This document shows, one piece after another, positions 19,473 through 27,601 of a DNA stretch of 64,000 bases. The notes below the pieces were generated by a model that did not search any database, was not told where the DNA came from, and saw only the letters and a program-made list of their open reading frames with translations. The stretch comes from Candidatus Levyibacteriota bacterium (GTDB lineage: Bacteria > Patescibacteriota > Microgenomatia > Levybacterales > UBA12049). The stretch lies in the NCBI GenBank assembly GCA_016186645.1, contig JACPLF010000005.1:33257-97256 (forward strand). The letters are read 5' to 3'. Position 1 is the first letter of the stretch, and the number at the start of each line of letters is the position of its first letter. Both the position numbers and the translations under genes were made by a program.

Positions 19473-20280
19473 CTTTTGCCTGATGTGTATGCTATTGAGA
19501 GAAATTGAAGAGTACAGCAAACAACAAGAGAGTTTATTACCGAGACATAACCCTGAAGTATTAATATTTGATACACCAGAAACAGTTGACACTTTTGCAG
19601 CATTGAGGGTTATTGAGCAAGTTCGGACAAAACCAGACTCCATTTTAACCCTTCCTACTGGTAATACGCCTATTGCTATGCATCAACATATCGTAGAAAG
19701 TCACAAGCAAGGTAGAGTAGATTTTAGTAGAGTAACAATATTTAATCTGGATGAATATTGTCCAATTCAACAGACCCATCCAAGCAGTTATACAGCATTT
19801 ATGAGAAGATGCCTTATTGATCATGTGCCGGTATTAGCTCGGCATATTCCAAACGGTGAAGCACCCGGTCTTGAAGCGGAAACAGAACGATACAGATATC
19901 TTTTAGAACAACATCAGCCAATCGACCTTGCGATATTGGGAATTGGTCCATCAACAACATGCCACATAGGTTTTAACGAAAGGGGTTCTGCAATTGACTC
20001 TGTAGTAAGATACGTATCCTTGCATCCAGAGACTAAGCAGGAAAATGCAAAGGCTTTTGCCAATCCTGAAGAAATTCCAAAGGGGGCTCTAACGCGGGAA
20101 TTGCAGATATATTGAGAGCAGAAAACATTCTTGTTATTGCTAAGGGTATGTCAAAAGCATGGGGCATAAATAGAACATTAAGAGGAATAATCTCTTCTGG
20201 AGCACCATCTTCATTTTTACGTCTTCATCCAAATGTAACATTTGCTCTCGATCAAGAAGCAGCAATGTATATAAAATAAT
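19447..20280 (+). pseudogene. Glucosamine-6-P deaminase / 6-phosphogluconolactonase family gene with a +1 frameshift near 20100
   Basis: N-terminal LTLPTGNTP...DEYCPI ends at 20115. The C-terminal GIADILRAENILVIAKG...LRLHPNVTFALDQEA continues in the +1 frame to 20280. Confidence 0.5.
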
Positions 20281-20373
20281 AATGGGTCAAAGCGGATGGG
20301 AGATTTTGAAGAAATAGATTTTGATGAGAAATAACAAACTTAAGGCTAGTTCAATTCCCCTTAGGGTATTAGA

Positions 20374-20664
20374 TTATAGGATTATTTTAGATAGAATTTT
20401 CCTTAACTGTCTACGTCCCCAGGCAGTTTTGAAATGTTGTTCGCGTTTGAAAGCCTCATACTTATCCACGTATTCTTCTTTATACCAAAGCACAAATGGA
20501 ATCCTGCCTTTTGTAGATTTCACTTCGCCTGTGTTATGTTCTTTAATCCTGTTTTCTAACTCCTTAGTGCAACCAATATATGTCCTGCCATCTTTTAAAC
20601 TTTTAAGAACATAAACTACATGCATTATTACTGTTTTAATGCGCCCGCCTCTTTTGTGAAACAA
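20374..20664 (-). CDS. GIY-YIG nuclease family protein
   Basis: VYVLKS...GRTYIGCT...ENRIKEHN GIY-YIG core motifs. Confidence 0.75.
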   Translation of the reverse strand: MFHKRGGRIKTVIMHVVYVLKSLKDGRTYIGCTKELENRIKEHNTGEVKSTKGRIPFVLWYKEEYVDKYEAFKREQHFKTAWGRRQLRKILSKIIL

Positions 20665-20679
20665 AAGGGCGAGGCGATG

Positions 20680-20750
20680 AGCGGGGTACGAGAATTGAAC
20701 TCGCTTCTCTACCTTGGCAAGGTAGCATACTACCGGTGTACTAACCCCGC
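20680..20750 (-). tRNA. tRNA-Gly (anticodon GCC)
   Basis: Acceptor GCGGGGT pairs with ACCCCGC. Anticodon loop TTGCCAA. Confidence 0.8.
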
Positions 20751-20768
20751 GCTGAGCTTGCTGAAGGG

Positions 20769-20841
20769 TGCCGAGAGCAGGAATCGAACCCGCATAACGT
20801 GTTCTTCAGACACGCGCCATGACCGCCTAGGCTATCTCGGC
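20769..20841 (-). tRNA. tRNA-Phe (anticodon GAA)
   Basis: Acceptor GCCGAGA pairs with TCTCGGC. Anticodon loop CTGAAGA. Confidence 0.8.
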
Positions 20842-21004
20842 AGATTACGTATTGAATGATAACAATTTAAATATTCTTTGTCAAAGCGAATGTGCATCCT
20901 GATGTTTAAAGTCAAACAACACCAAGCGTTACTTACATTCTCGTACATTGCTACGCTATAGCGTAAGGTTGTACGGGAAACAAGAGGTAAATAAAGCAAG
21001 AGAC

Positions 21005-21430
21005 TTATAAAGCTTTGATGTTTGATAGAAAGTATAATTTTGTCAGGAGGTTTTTAAGATTTTCGCGGGTTTTTTCCGCTAAATATTTGGAAATCGACTT
21101 TTTGGGATCAGCTTTTAATGCGTCTAAATTTAGACCTGCGGCTGCTCGTTCAAGAAGTGCTAGGTTTAAAAGTTTTTTATCTGAGTCGGTTTTTGCCAAG
21201 CTATTTATTTTCGAAAGCCAAAGATTTCTTTGTTCTTCAATAAGTTCAATCGTTGGATTTTTCAGTCGGTCGCGGGCAAGTTGATAAATAAACCAATGGT
21301 ATCCAAAAATTGCATCATAAAAAGGAGACTTCCAAAACTCCTTTTTCCCGATCATGCAAATCAGAACCAGACAGAAAGAGGTATGAAATTTTATTTTGAC
21401 CGAGTTCGACTCGGTTTTGACTTTGCACAA
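21005..21430 (-). CDS. Hypothetical protein
   Basis: 141 aa ORF with no motif. Confidence 0.3.
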   Translation of the reverse strand: MCKVKTESNSVKIKFHTSFCLVLICMIGKKEFWKSPFYDAIFGYHWFIYQLARDRLKNPTIELIEEQRNLWLSKINSLAKTDSDKKLLNLALLERAAAGLNLDALKADPKKSISKYLAEKTRENLKNLLTKLYFLSNIKAL

Positions 21431-22033
21431 TCCTATTATACAATAGAAAATGTGGAGATTTTCTTATACAATTTCAACTTTATCTGGTTCAATACATTCT
21501 TGGCTTTGATTGCAGTATTCTTTGGATGGCGTATGTTAAAAGCCCGTTCCAAATTTGCGATATACGTGCATGGATTTATCTGGTTTATCTTTCTTCCTAA
21601 TACTATTTATATATTGACTGATATCGCACATCTTTTTGAAGATTGGACAAAAGTAAATGATTTTTTCAGAACGATACTTGTAGCCCAGTACACGCTTTTT
21701 GCTATTGTGGGGATCATCTCTTTTACTGTTGCCGTTAATTATTTTCGAAAACTACTTGACCGGAATAGCAAAAAAATGAAAATCTCTACCATACTTACGA
21801 TATGTCTTTTGAATTTCATAGTGGGTTTCGGGGTTGTTTTAGGCGGGATCGAGAGAACCAATTCCTGGTATGTTATCACAGATCCGTCAAGAGTCTTGGA
21901 GGATGCGCTAGATCTAATTTATACTGAAGAATTATTAATGCTCTCTATAGGAGTCGGACTTTTCAATAACGCTGTGTACTTTATTATGACTGAAACTGTT
22001 GCAACGTGGGATAAAAAATTCTTCAAAAAGTAA
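21230..22033 (+). CDS. Hypothetical polytopic membrane protein (start probably downstream, about 21381)
   Basis: Multiple TM helices. The 5' part overlaps the minus-strand ORF. Confidence 0.4.
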   Translation: MFFNKFNRWIFQSVAGKLINKPMVSKNCIIKRRLPKLLFPDHANQNQTERGMKFYFDRVRLGFDFAQSYYTIENVEIFLYNFNFIWFNTFLALIAVFFGWRMLKARSKFAIYVHGFIWFIFLPNTIYILTDIAHLFEDWTKVNDFFRTILVAQYTLFAIVGIISFTVAVNYFRKLLDRNSKKMKISTILTICLLNFIVGFGVVLGGIERTNSWYVITDPSRVLEDALDLIYTEELLMLSIGVGLFNNAVYFIMTETVATWDKKFFKK

Positions 22034-22085
22034 GCTAATTTTCTTGTCAAGCTCTCCACCTTCTGGTAGAATCAAGAAGGCAAAT

Positions 22086-22168
22086 GCCCAGGTGATGAAA
22101 TGGTAGACATGCAGTGTTCAGAACGCTGTGTCCGCAAGGATTTGGGAGTTCGAGTCTCCCCCTGGGCA
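22086..22168 (+). tRNA. tRNA-Leu (anticodon CAG)
   Basis: Class II tRNA. Acceptor GCCCAGG pairs with CCTGGGC. Anticodon loop TTCAGAA. Confidence 0.8.
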
Positions 22169-22193
22169 CACATATGCTAGAATAGGTAAGTTT

Positions 22194-22275
22194 GGGCTCG
22201 TGGCGGAACTGGTATACGCGTACGCTTGAGGTGCGTATTCCGCAAGGAGTGGAGGTTCAAGTCCTCTCGAGCCCA
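22194..22275 (+). tRNA. tRNA-Leu (anticodon GAG)
   Basis: Acceptor GGGCTCG pairs with CGAGCCC. Anticodon loop TTGAGGT. Long variable arm. Confidence 0.8.
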
Positions 22276-22279
22276 CCCT

Positions 22280-22352
22280 GGACTCTTGGCTCAGCTGGTA
22301 GAGCGTCTCATTTACACTGAGAAGGTCAGAGGTTCGAATCCTCTAGAGTCAC
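22280..22352 (+). tRNA. tRNA-Val (anticodon TAC) with apparent G1-A72 mismatch
   Basis: D-arm GCTCAGCTGGTAGAGC. Anticodon arm TCTCA-TTTACAC-TGAGA. T-arm AGAGG-TTCGAAT-CCTCT. Confidence 0.6.
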
Positions 22353-22418
22353 AGCGCAATTACGCACACTTCCGATAACAGAGTCGCATTTGCCGCACTT
22401 CCATCAAGTGAAAATGTA

Positions 22419-22823
22419 TTGGGAGACAATATTTTCTTCAAAGACGCCAGAATTGAAATAGTCAGACAGTTTTTCGAGAAATACAAATCGCCACTCGTTC
22501 CTTTTGCTGAAAATATCGTCGAGGATGCGGATAAATACGGTCTTGATTACAAGCTTCTTCCCGCTATTGCGATGCAAGAATCAAATCTGTGCCAGAAAAT
22601 CATAACTGACTCCTACAACTGCTGGGGATTTGGAATATATGGAAAAAAAGTCACCAGATTTGAAAGCTATCCTGAGGCTATTGATACTGTAACCAGAACC
22701 CTTGTTAATAACTATGTTGCCGGAGGATTGACTACTCCGCAGGAAATTATGAAAAAGTACACTCCCTCCAACAATGGATCCTGGGCGTACAGCGTAAGTT
22801 ACTTCATGAACCTCCTTCAATAA
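22419..22823 (+). CDS. Glucosaminidase (GH73/FlgJ-like) domain protein, TTG start, no signal peptide
   Basis: PAIAMQESNLCQK...NCWGFGIYG resembles the glucosaminidase motif. Paralog of the 23046 ORF. Confidence 0.4.
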   Translation: MGDNIFFKDARIEIVRQFFEKYKSPLVPFAENIVEDADKYGLDYKLLPAIAMQESNLCQKIITDSYNCWGFGIYGKKVTRFESYPEAIDTVTRTLVNNYVAGGLTTPQEIMKKYTPSNNGSWAYSVSYFMNLLQ

Positions 22824-22912
22824 ACCTATAAGAAAGTACCCGCCCGACTTCGCCTGCGACACCCGCTCGTTTCGATGACCTAATCGATTGGACAAAGTCA
22901 CTGGCGGGCGGG

Positions 22913-22941
22913 CTTGACAAACCTATAGTTCTGTGGTATAA
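22913..22941 (+). promoter_or_regulatory. Consensus sigma70-type promoter TTGACA-17 bp-TATAAT
   Basis: Perfect -35 and -10 hexamers with 17-bp spacing, upstream of the 23046 ORF. Confidence 0.55.
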
Positions 22942-23045
22942 TGTAAGTTAGATCCTAAGGTATGCCTTTCCAAATGCATACGTTAGGATTTTTTTATTGT
23001 GTCGCAACACAATAACCCGCCGATTCAGCGCTCTTTGCAGCGTGT

Positions 23046-23645
23046 ATGAATAATACTGAAAAGCTACAAAGTAAGCTTAGGCGGGTAATCATTATGAAGA
23101 ATTTATTTTATCTAATAATTTTTATAATTACTATAACCGCTATAAACGTTAAACCTTCTTATGCTGCGGAAATTTCTGCAGGGTCTTCTGCCGCGCTCTT
23201 AAAACCTGTTGCGAAAGAACCCGATAGTCGTGTAAAAATTCTTAGGGAATATCTTGGCCAATATGATTCCCCGCTGCAGCCTTATGCGCAGGATTTTGTG
23301 GAGATTGCTGACAAATATGGGCTGGACTGGAAACTTGTTGCTGCTATTTCAGGCGTGGAATCTACTTTTGGGAAGCAAATCCCATATCAATCATTTAACG
23401 GATGGGGATGGGGAATTTATGGCACCAATATGATCAGATTTTCATCTTGGACACAGGGTATTGAAACCGTGTCCGAAGGATTGAGAACTAATTATCTTAA
23501 TAAGTGGGAAGCAAGAGATGTTTATGAAATCGGAAGATTTTATGCTGCTTCTCCAACATGGGCACAAAGGGTTGATTATTTTATGAGAAAAATTGATGAG
23601 CTTAAAAATCAAAAACTAGCCCAAAACCTATCTATTTCGCTGTAA
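23046..23645 (+). CDS. Secreted glucosaminidase (GH73-like) domain protein
   Basis: N-terminal signal/TM. AAISGVESTFGKQIPYQSFNGWGWGIYG motif. Confidence 0.45.
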   Translation: MNNTEKLQSKLRRVIIMKNLFYLIIFIITITAINVKPSYAAEISAGSSAALLKPVAKEPDSRVKILREYLGQYDSPLQPYAQDFVEIADKYGLDWKLVAAISGVESTFGKQIPYQSFNGWGWGIYGTNMIRFSSWTQGIETVSEGLRTNYLNKWEARDVYEIGRFYAASPTWAQRVDYFMRKIDELKNQKLAQNLSISL

Positions 23646-23772
23646 CTTGTGTATAATAATCTTCAATCACCAGCGGACGTTACACGCGGACGTAGCGAAA
23701 ATGCCCGCCCGCAACGACTTCGCAAGCTCGTCTTGCGTGTCGGGCGGGGCAGACCTGCCCGACAGTGCCAAT

Positions 23773-23853
23773 GCCAGGGTGGCGAAATGGTAGACGCGCA
23801 TGGTTTAGGACCATGTGGGGAAACCTTTGGAGGTTCGAGTCCTCTCCCTGGCA
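23773..23853 (+). tRNA. tRNA-Leu (anticodon TAG)
   Basis: Acceptor GCCAGGG pairs with CCCTGGC. Anticodon arm CATGG-TTTAGGA-CCATG. Long variable arm. Confidence 0.8.
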
Positions 23854-23860
23854 CAGTCTT

Positions 23861-23930
23861 TGGCAGGCGGGCGCGCATGGTTTAGGACCATGTCCTTAAA
23901 GGGATGGAGGTTCAACTCCTCTCCGACCCA
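23861..23930 (+). pseudogene. Degenerate tRNA-Leu(TAG) copy: identical anticodon arm, D-loop deleted, 5' half replaced by GC-rich repeat sequence
   Basis: GCGCATGGTTTAGGACCATG is identical to the upstream tRNA. T-arm GGAGG-TTCAACT-CCTCT is present. No matching 5' acceptor strand. Confidence 0.4.
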
Positions 23931-23958
23931 CTATAGTTCTAATTTGAATAATATACGT

Positions 23959-24471
23959 ATGAACCAAAAAGGAAATGTAAATAACGCACTAATTATCACA
24001 ATAGTTATTCTGTTAATCGGTATTGGCGTATATTTTGCGTTCTTCAAAAAACAAAATTCCTTTCCGCCGTATTCCGTTACTGCCAATAATACTCTTTCGA
24101 CCAATATTGATGGCTATTTTGAGACTTGCATGAATAATACATCTGTCTATAAAAAGAAAAATAGTTCATGGGAAAAAGTTTCGAATGAATTACCAAGAAA
24201 AGGACTTTACTACTTGGATGACAAATTTTTCGGGTATGGGATGTGCGATGTTGTTTATTGCGACAAGCTGCCAATGCCCTACACAATGAAACTTGTTGAA
24301 TACAAAAAAGTAGGTGAAAAAACTCCACCTCCAGATAGCGGTAGCAGCGCAAATGTTTTACCCATGTATCAAACTGTTTCATTGAATGATGATATTAAAA
24401 TTAATATAGAATACTTCAGCGACAATAATTGTCAAAACAAAAAAACAATCTCTACTGTCATAAAAAAATAA
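23959..24471 (+). CDS. Secreted/membrane-anchored hypothetical protein (paralog A)
   Basis: ATG at 23959. N-terminus MNQKGNVNNALIITIVILLIG shared with the next gene, including a 20-bp leader. Confidence 0.45.
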   Translation: MNQKGNVNNALIITIVILLIGIGVYFAFFKKQNSFPPYSVTANNTLSTNIDGYFETCMNNTSVYKKKNSSWEKVSNELPRKGLYYLDDKFFGYGMCDVVYCDKLPMPYTMKLVEYKKVGEKTPPPDSGSSANVLPMYQTVSLNDDIKINIEYFSDNNCQNKKTISTVIKK

Positions 24472-24487
24472 TTTGAATAATATACGC

Positions 24488-25549
24488 ATGAACCAAAAAG
24501 GAAATGTAAATATCATACTGGTTATAATTATTGTCGCACTCGTTGGCGCAGGGGCTTATTTTATTTTGAATCGTCAAGCTCAACCAACACCTAGACTAAT
24601 TACGGTCAGCGGTGAAATTACATGCTTGCCTAAAAAAGGGCAAGGTGGAAGCGAGGAATGCGCCATAGGACTTAGGGGAACAAATGGTCAACATTATGGC
24701 TTGAAAAACGTCTTCAAGCTTGACCCAGAAAATAAATTTTCTGTAACAGGATTGCGTGTCGAAATCTCTGGTACATTTAACCCTGAAGAAATGAAAGGAC
24801 CTTATGGCAGTAAATATGATGCGGTAGGCACAATTGACGTCATTTCAATAAAAAAAGTTGAAGGAAGTACCCAATCCAATTTTGAAAAAATAATTAGAAC
24901 AGTGGGTGAAAAAGAAAGTTCTTTCTTAATTCAAAAAATCAATCCTAATAACGTTGATGGCCGTTGGTATGAAATATATCCAATTGAGATACCGAATGAT
25001 CCTGGCATTCCAAAAACTTTGCATATCGGGGATGACATAGGTTATGTCTGCGAAGGCGTATCAGAAAAACTTACAAGCATTAATTTTTCTGGTCAGACAA
25101 TAACTTTTACTAAAGCTAAAGTCATTCCATCCTACGGCGGATGTCCGATTTGTCTTGACGGTAACACGCTGATAGACACGCCTTCAGGATTAGTACCAGT
25201 AAAAAATTTACAAGTTGGCATGTCGGTTTGGACAACGGACAAAACTGGTCAACGTGTATCCGGTGTTATAACCAAAACTTCAAAAGTACCGGTACCGTTA
25301 ACCCACCAGATGATCCATTTGGTTCTTGCCAACGGACGAGGACTATTTGTTTCTCCTGGACATCCAACCATTGATGAACGTATCGTTTGGGATCTTTCAG
25401 TTGGTGACATCTACGATGGCTCTACTGTTGCGAGCGTAGAACGTGTTTCTTACGATCAAGAAGCAACGTACGATATATTGCCATCAGGTGAGACCGGATT
25501 CTATTGGGCTAATGGCATACTACTTAACAGTACACTTAACTATGAATAA
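24488..25549 (+). CDS. Secreted protein with C-terminal Hint (Hedgehog/intein-like, BIL-type) domain (paralog B)
   Basis: Shared signal-anchor N-terminus. C-terminal GG|CPICLDGNTLIDTPSG...VWTTD...HLVLANGRGLFVSPGHP matches Hint domain blocks. Confidence 0.55.
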   Translation: MNQKGNVNIILVIIIVALVGAGAYFILNRQAQPTPRLITVSGEITCLPKKGQGGSEECAIGLRGTNGQHYGLKNVFKLDPENKFSVTGLRVEISGTFNPEEMKGPYGSKYDAVGTIDVISIKKVEGSTQSNFEKIIRTVGEKESSFLIQKINPNNVDGRWYEIYPIEIPNDPGIPKTLHIGDDIGYVCEGVSEKLTSINFSGQTITFTKAKVIPSYGGCPICLDGNTLIDTPSGLVPVKNLQVGMSVWTTDKTGQRVSGVITKTSKVPVPLTHQMIHLVLANGRGLFVSPGHPTIDERIVWDLSVGDIYDGSTVASVERVSYDQEATYDILPSGETGFYWANGILLNSTLNYE

Positions 25550-26399
25550 AAATATCGCTGCTTTACAAAAAGAGCCAAACGGAACAATCAGACTTACAGT
25601 CACAATTCCCTCTTCCGATGTTAAAAAAACATGGGAGGAAGTTTTCGCGGATGCTGTAAAAAATATAGAAGTTCCCGGATTTCGAAAAGGCAAAGCTCCA
25701 AGAAACTTGACTGAGGGAAAAATTGATAAAGAAAAAATCCGTGAAGAAGTTCTGAAAAAGCTTTTGCCAATAGCGTACACGCAGGCAATAAAAACCCACG
25801 GAATAAAACCAATTATAAATCCCAAGATTCATGTAGAAAAATTGGAAGACCCTTCGACAAGCTCAGGGCAAGTCCGGGACTGGCAATTCACTGCATTAAC
25901 TTGCGAAGCGCCAATTGTTAACCTAAATAATTATAAAGATAATATAAAAAGTTTAACTGCAAAAGCAAAAATAGTTATTCCCGGCAAAGACAAACAGGAA
26001 GTAAAGTTTGAGGAAATTGTAAAAGCCTTACTTGAAAGTGTGAAAGCTGAAATTCCGACAATTTTAATTGACAATGAAACAGATAGGCTTTTGTCCCAGA
26101 CTCTTGAAGATGTTAAAAAATTGGGGCTGACGCTCGATCAATATTTATCTTCCACTGGGAAAAAGCCCGAAGATTTAAGAGCGGAGTATAGAGCAAAAGC
26201 GGAAAACGATATCAAGCTTGAGTTCGCGCTTTTGAAAATTGCAGAGGAGGAAAAGATTGTGGTTGAAGAAAAAGAAATTAACGAAGCTATACTGGCTGCC
26301 AAAACTGAAGATGAGAAAAAGAACCTGGAAGCCAACCGTTATCTTCTGGCAAGTATTTTGAGGCAGCAAAAAACCCTTGATTTTCTCAAGAATTTGTGA
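25542..26399 (+). CDS. tig: Trigger factor (short form)
   Basis: N-terminal ribosome-binding signature VPGFRKGKAP. C-terminal helical arm domain. Confidence 0.65.
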   Translation: MNKNIAALQKEPNGTIRLTVTIPSSDVKKTWEEVFADAVKNIEVPGFRKGKAPRNLTEGKIDKEKIREEVLKKLLPIAYTQAIKTHGIKPIINPKIHVEKLEDPSTSSGQVRDWQFTALTCEAPIVNLNNYKDNIKSLTAKAKIVIPGKDKQEVKFEEIVKALLESVKAEIPTILIDNETDRLLSQTLEDVKKLGLTLDQYLSSTGKKPEDLRAEYRAKAENDIKLEFALLKIAEEEKIVVEEKEINEAILAAKTEDEKKNLEANRYLLASILRQQKTLDFLKNL

Positions 26400-26414
26400 T
26401 AATGTGAGTGCGCT

Positions 26415-27014
26415 ATGACAAAAATAAAAACTAAAACAAAACAATTTGTCAATAATAAAAACCCCATTGAGCAGTTTCTTGGCATTGGAGGAGGCGCAGT
26501 TCAATCCGGCGCAGATTTGGCAGAAAGGCAAGAGAAACAAAAAAAGCATCAAGCTAGCGGAGATCTTCATGAAGGAGAGGAATTAAACCTTGAAGATTTG
26601 AAAAAAGAAAATAAAGAAAAACTTCATATCGAAGGCGGAATTGATTATGCCAGAGAAATAGTTCATGTTGGAGAAAAAGCTGTTAATCGCGAAAATAGAG
26701 AATTGGAAAACCAGCTTAGAGAAATAATGGCTGAGATCAAAAAATTGGCAGACAGTTCCAGGGAATTGCAAACTCAATTCAAAGAAATCGCTGTTGAGCA
26801 GCATATTGCAAAACCAGGAAAATATCACAAGTCATTTTTCACCTGGATGCTTTCTATGATTTCTGCAGCACGTCAAAAGGTCGAAGATTCAGGCGCATGG
26901 TTAACTGCTATGCAAAGCAAGAAAAAATCAAGAGAATATGGCGCGATGGCGAAAAAGCATGGCACTACATTCAGTCTTTCCAACGAGCGCGTTGTCGCCA
27001 CCCAAGTCGGATAA
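26415..27014 (+). CDS. Hypothetical charged protein
   Basis: 199 aa ORF with no motif. Confidence 0.3.
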   Translation: MTKIKTKTKQFVNNKNPIEQFLGIGGGAVQSGADLAERQEKQKKHQASGDLHEGEELNLEDLKKENKEKLHIEGGIDYAREIVHVGEKAVNRENRELENQLREIMAEIKKLADSSRELQTQFKEIAVEQHIAKPGKYHKSFFTWMLSMISAARQKVEDSGAWLTAMQSKKKSREYGAMAKKHGTTFSLSNERVVATQVG

Positions 27015-27085
27015 TTCCTCATTTACCTTATTCAAACCTAGATAGAGTCCAAATTGTAAATACATATGCTATAATTTATGGACGT

Positions 27086-27162
27086 GGGCTCATAGCTCAG
27101 TTGGTTAGAGCGTTACATTGACATTGTAAAGGTCAGAGGTTCGACTCCTCTTGGGCCCACCA
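27086..27162 (+). tRNA. tRNA-Val (anticodon GAC), CCA encoded
   Basis: Acceptor GGGCTCA pairs with TGGGCCC. Anticodon arm TTACA-TTGACAT-TGTAA. Confidence 0.85.
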
Positions 27163-27234
27163 AACTTAAACTAGAGTCATAGAAAGATCCAGTTGACAAA
27201 TGCGATATTGTCTTTGCTATACTAATTATCCTTC

Positions 27235-27579
27235 ATGAAAAAAACTACGAAACAAAAACCACAAGAAGAAAAATCCGTAGATATCCTTAATAAGGTTGCT
27301 AAAAGAATTGAGGAAGCGACAATTGATATTCACGACATCAGATTTGATTTAAAGTCAGTAAAGCTTAGATTAAGCAATGTTGAACATAACACTGAAATCA
27401 TGAAGATTGATATCGAAAAGATGAAGAATGAAATAGGAGATATGAAAAAAGATATTAAGGAAGTTAAGAGAAATACTGAGGGCATTATAGAAACAACAGG
27501 TCACATTCTTAAAGAAGCAGTTACTCATGACGAATACAATGCTCTTTCCCAACGTGTCACCGTCCTTGAACAAAGCTGA
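27235..27579 (+). CDS. Hypothetical coiled-coil protein
   Basis: Heptad-rich 114 aa ORF. Confidence 0.3.
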   Translation: MKKTTKQKPQEEKSVDILNKVAKRIEEATIDIHDIRFDLKSVKLRLSNVEHNTEIMKIDIEKMKNEIGDMKKDIKEVKRNTEGIIETTGHILKEAVTHDEYNALSQRVTVLEQS

Positions 27580-27601
27580 ACCACCTGCTAGAATAATTTA
27601 A

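Noticed and set aside
23649-23885. Track ORFs on both strands (78 aa plus, 71 aa minus) with Arg/Pro/Gly-rich translations
   Set aside because: They lie entirely within the GC-rich palindromic island and over tRNA-Leu(TAG). The composition is an artefact of GC-rich noncoding DNA, and the two mutually antisense ORFs cannot both be real.
23672-25549. Integrated mobile island at tRNA-Leu (partial tRNA duplicate as attachment-site scar)
   Set aside because: The partial copy is only 8 nt from the intact tRNA rather than at the far end of an island, and there is no integrase or recombinase gene. This is more consistent with local repeat-mediated rearrangement.
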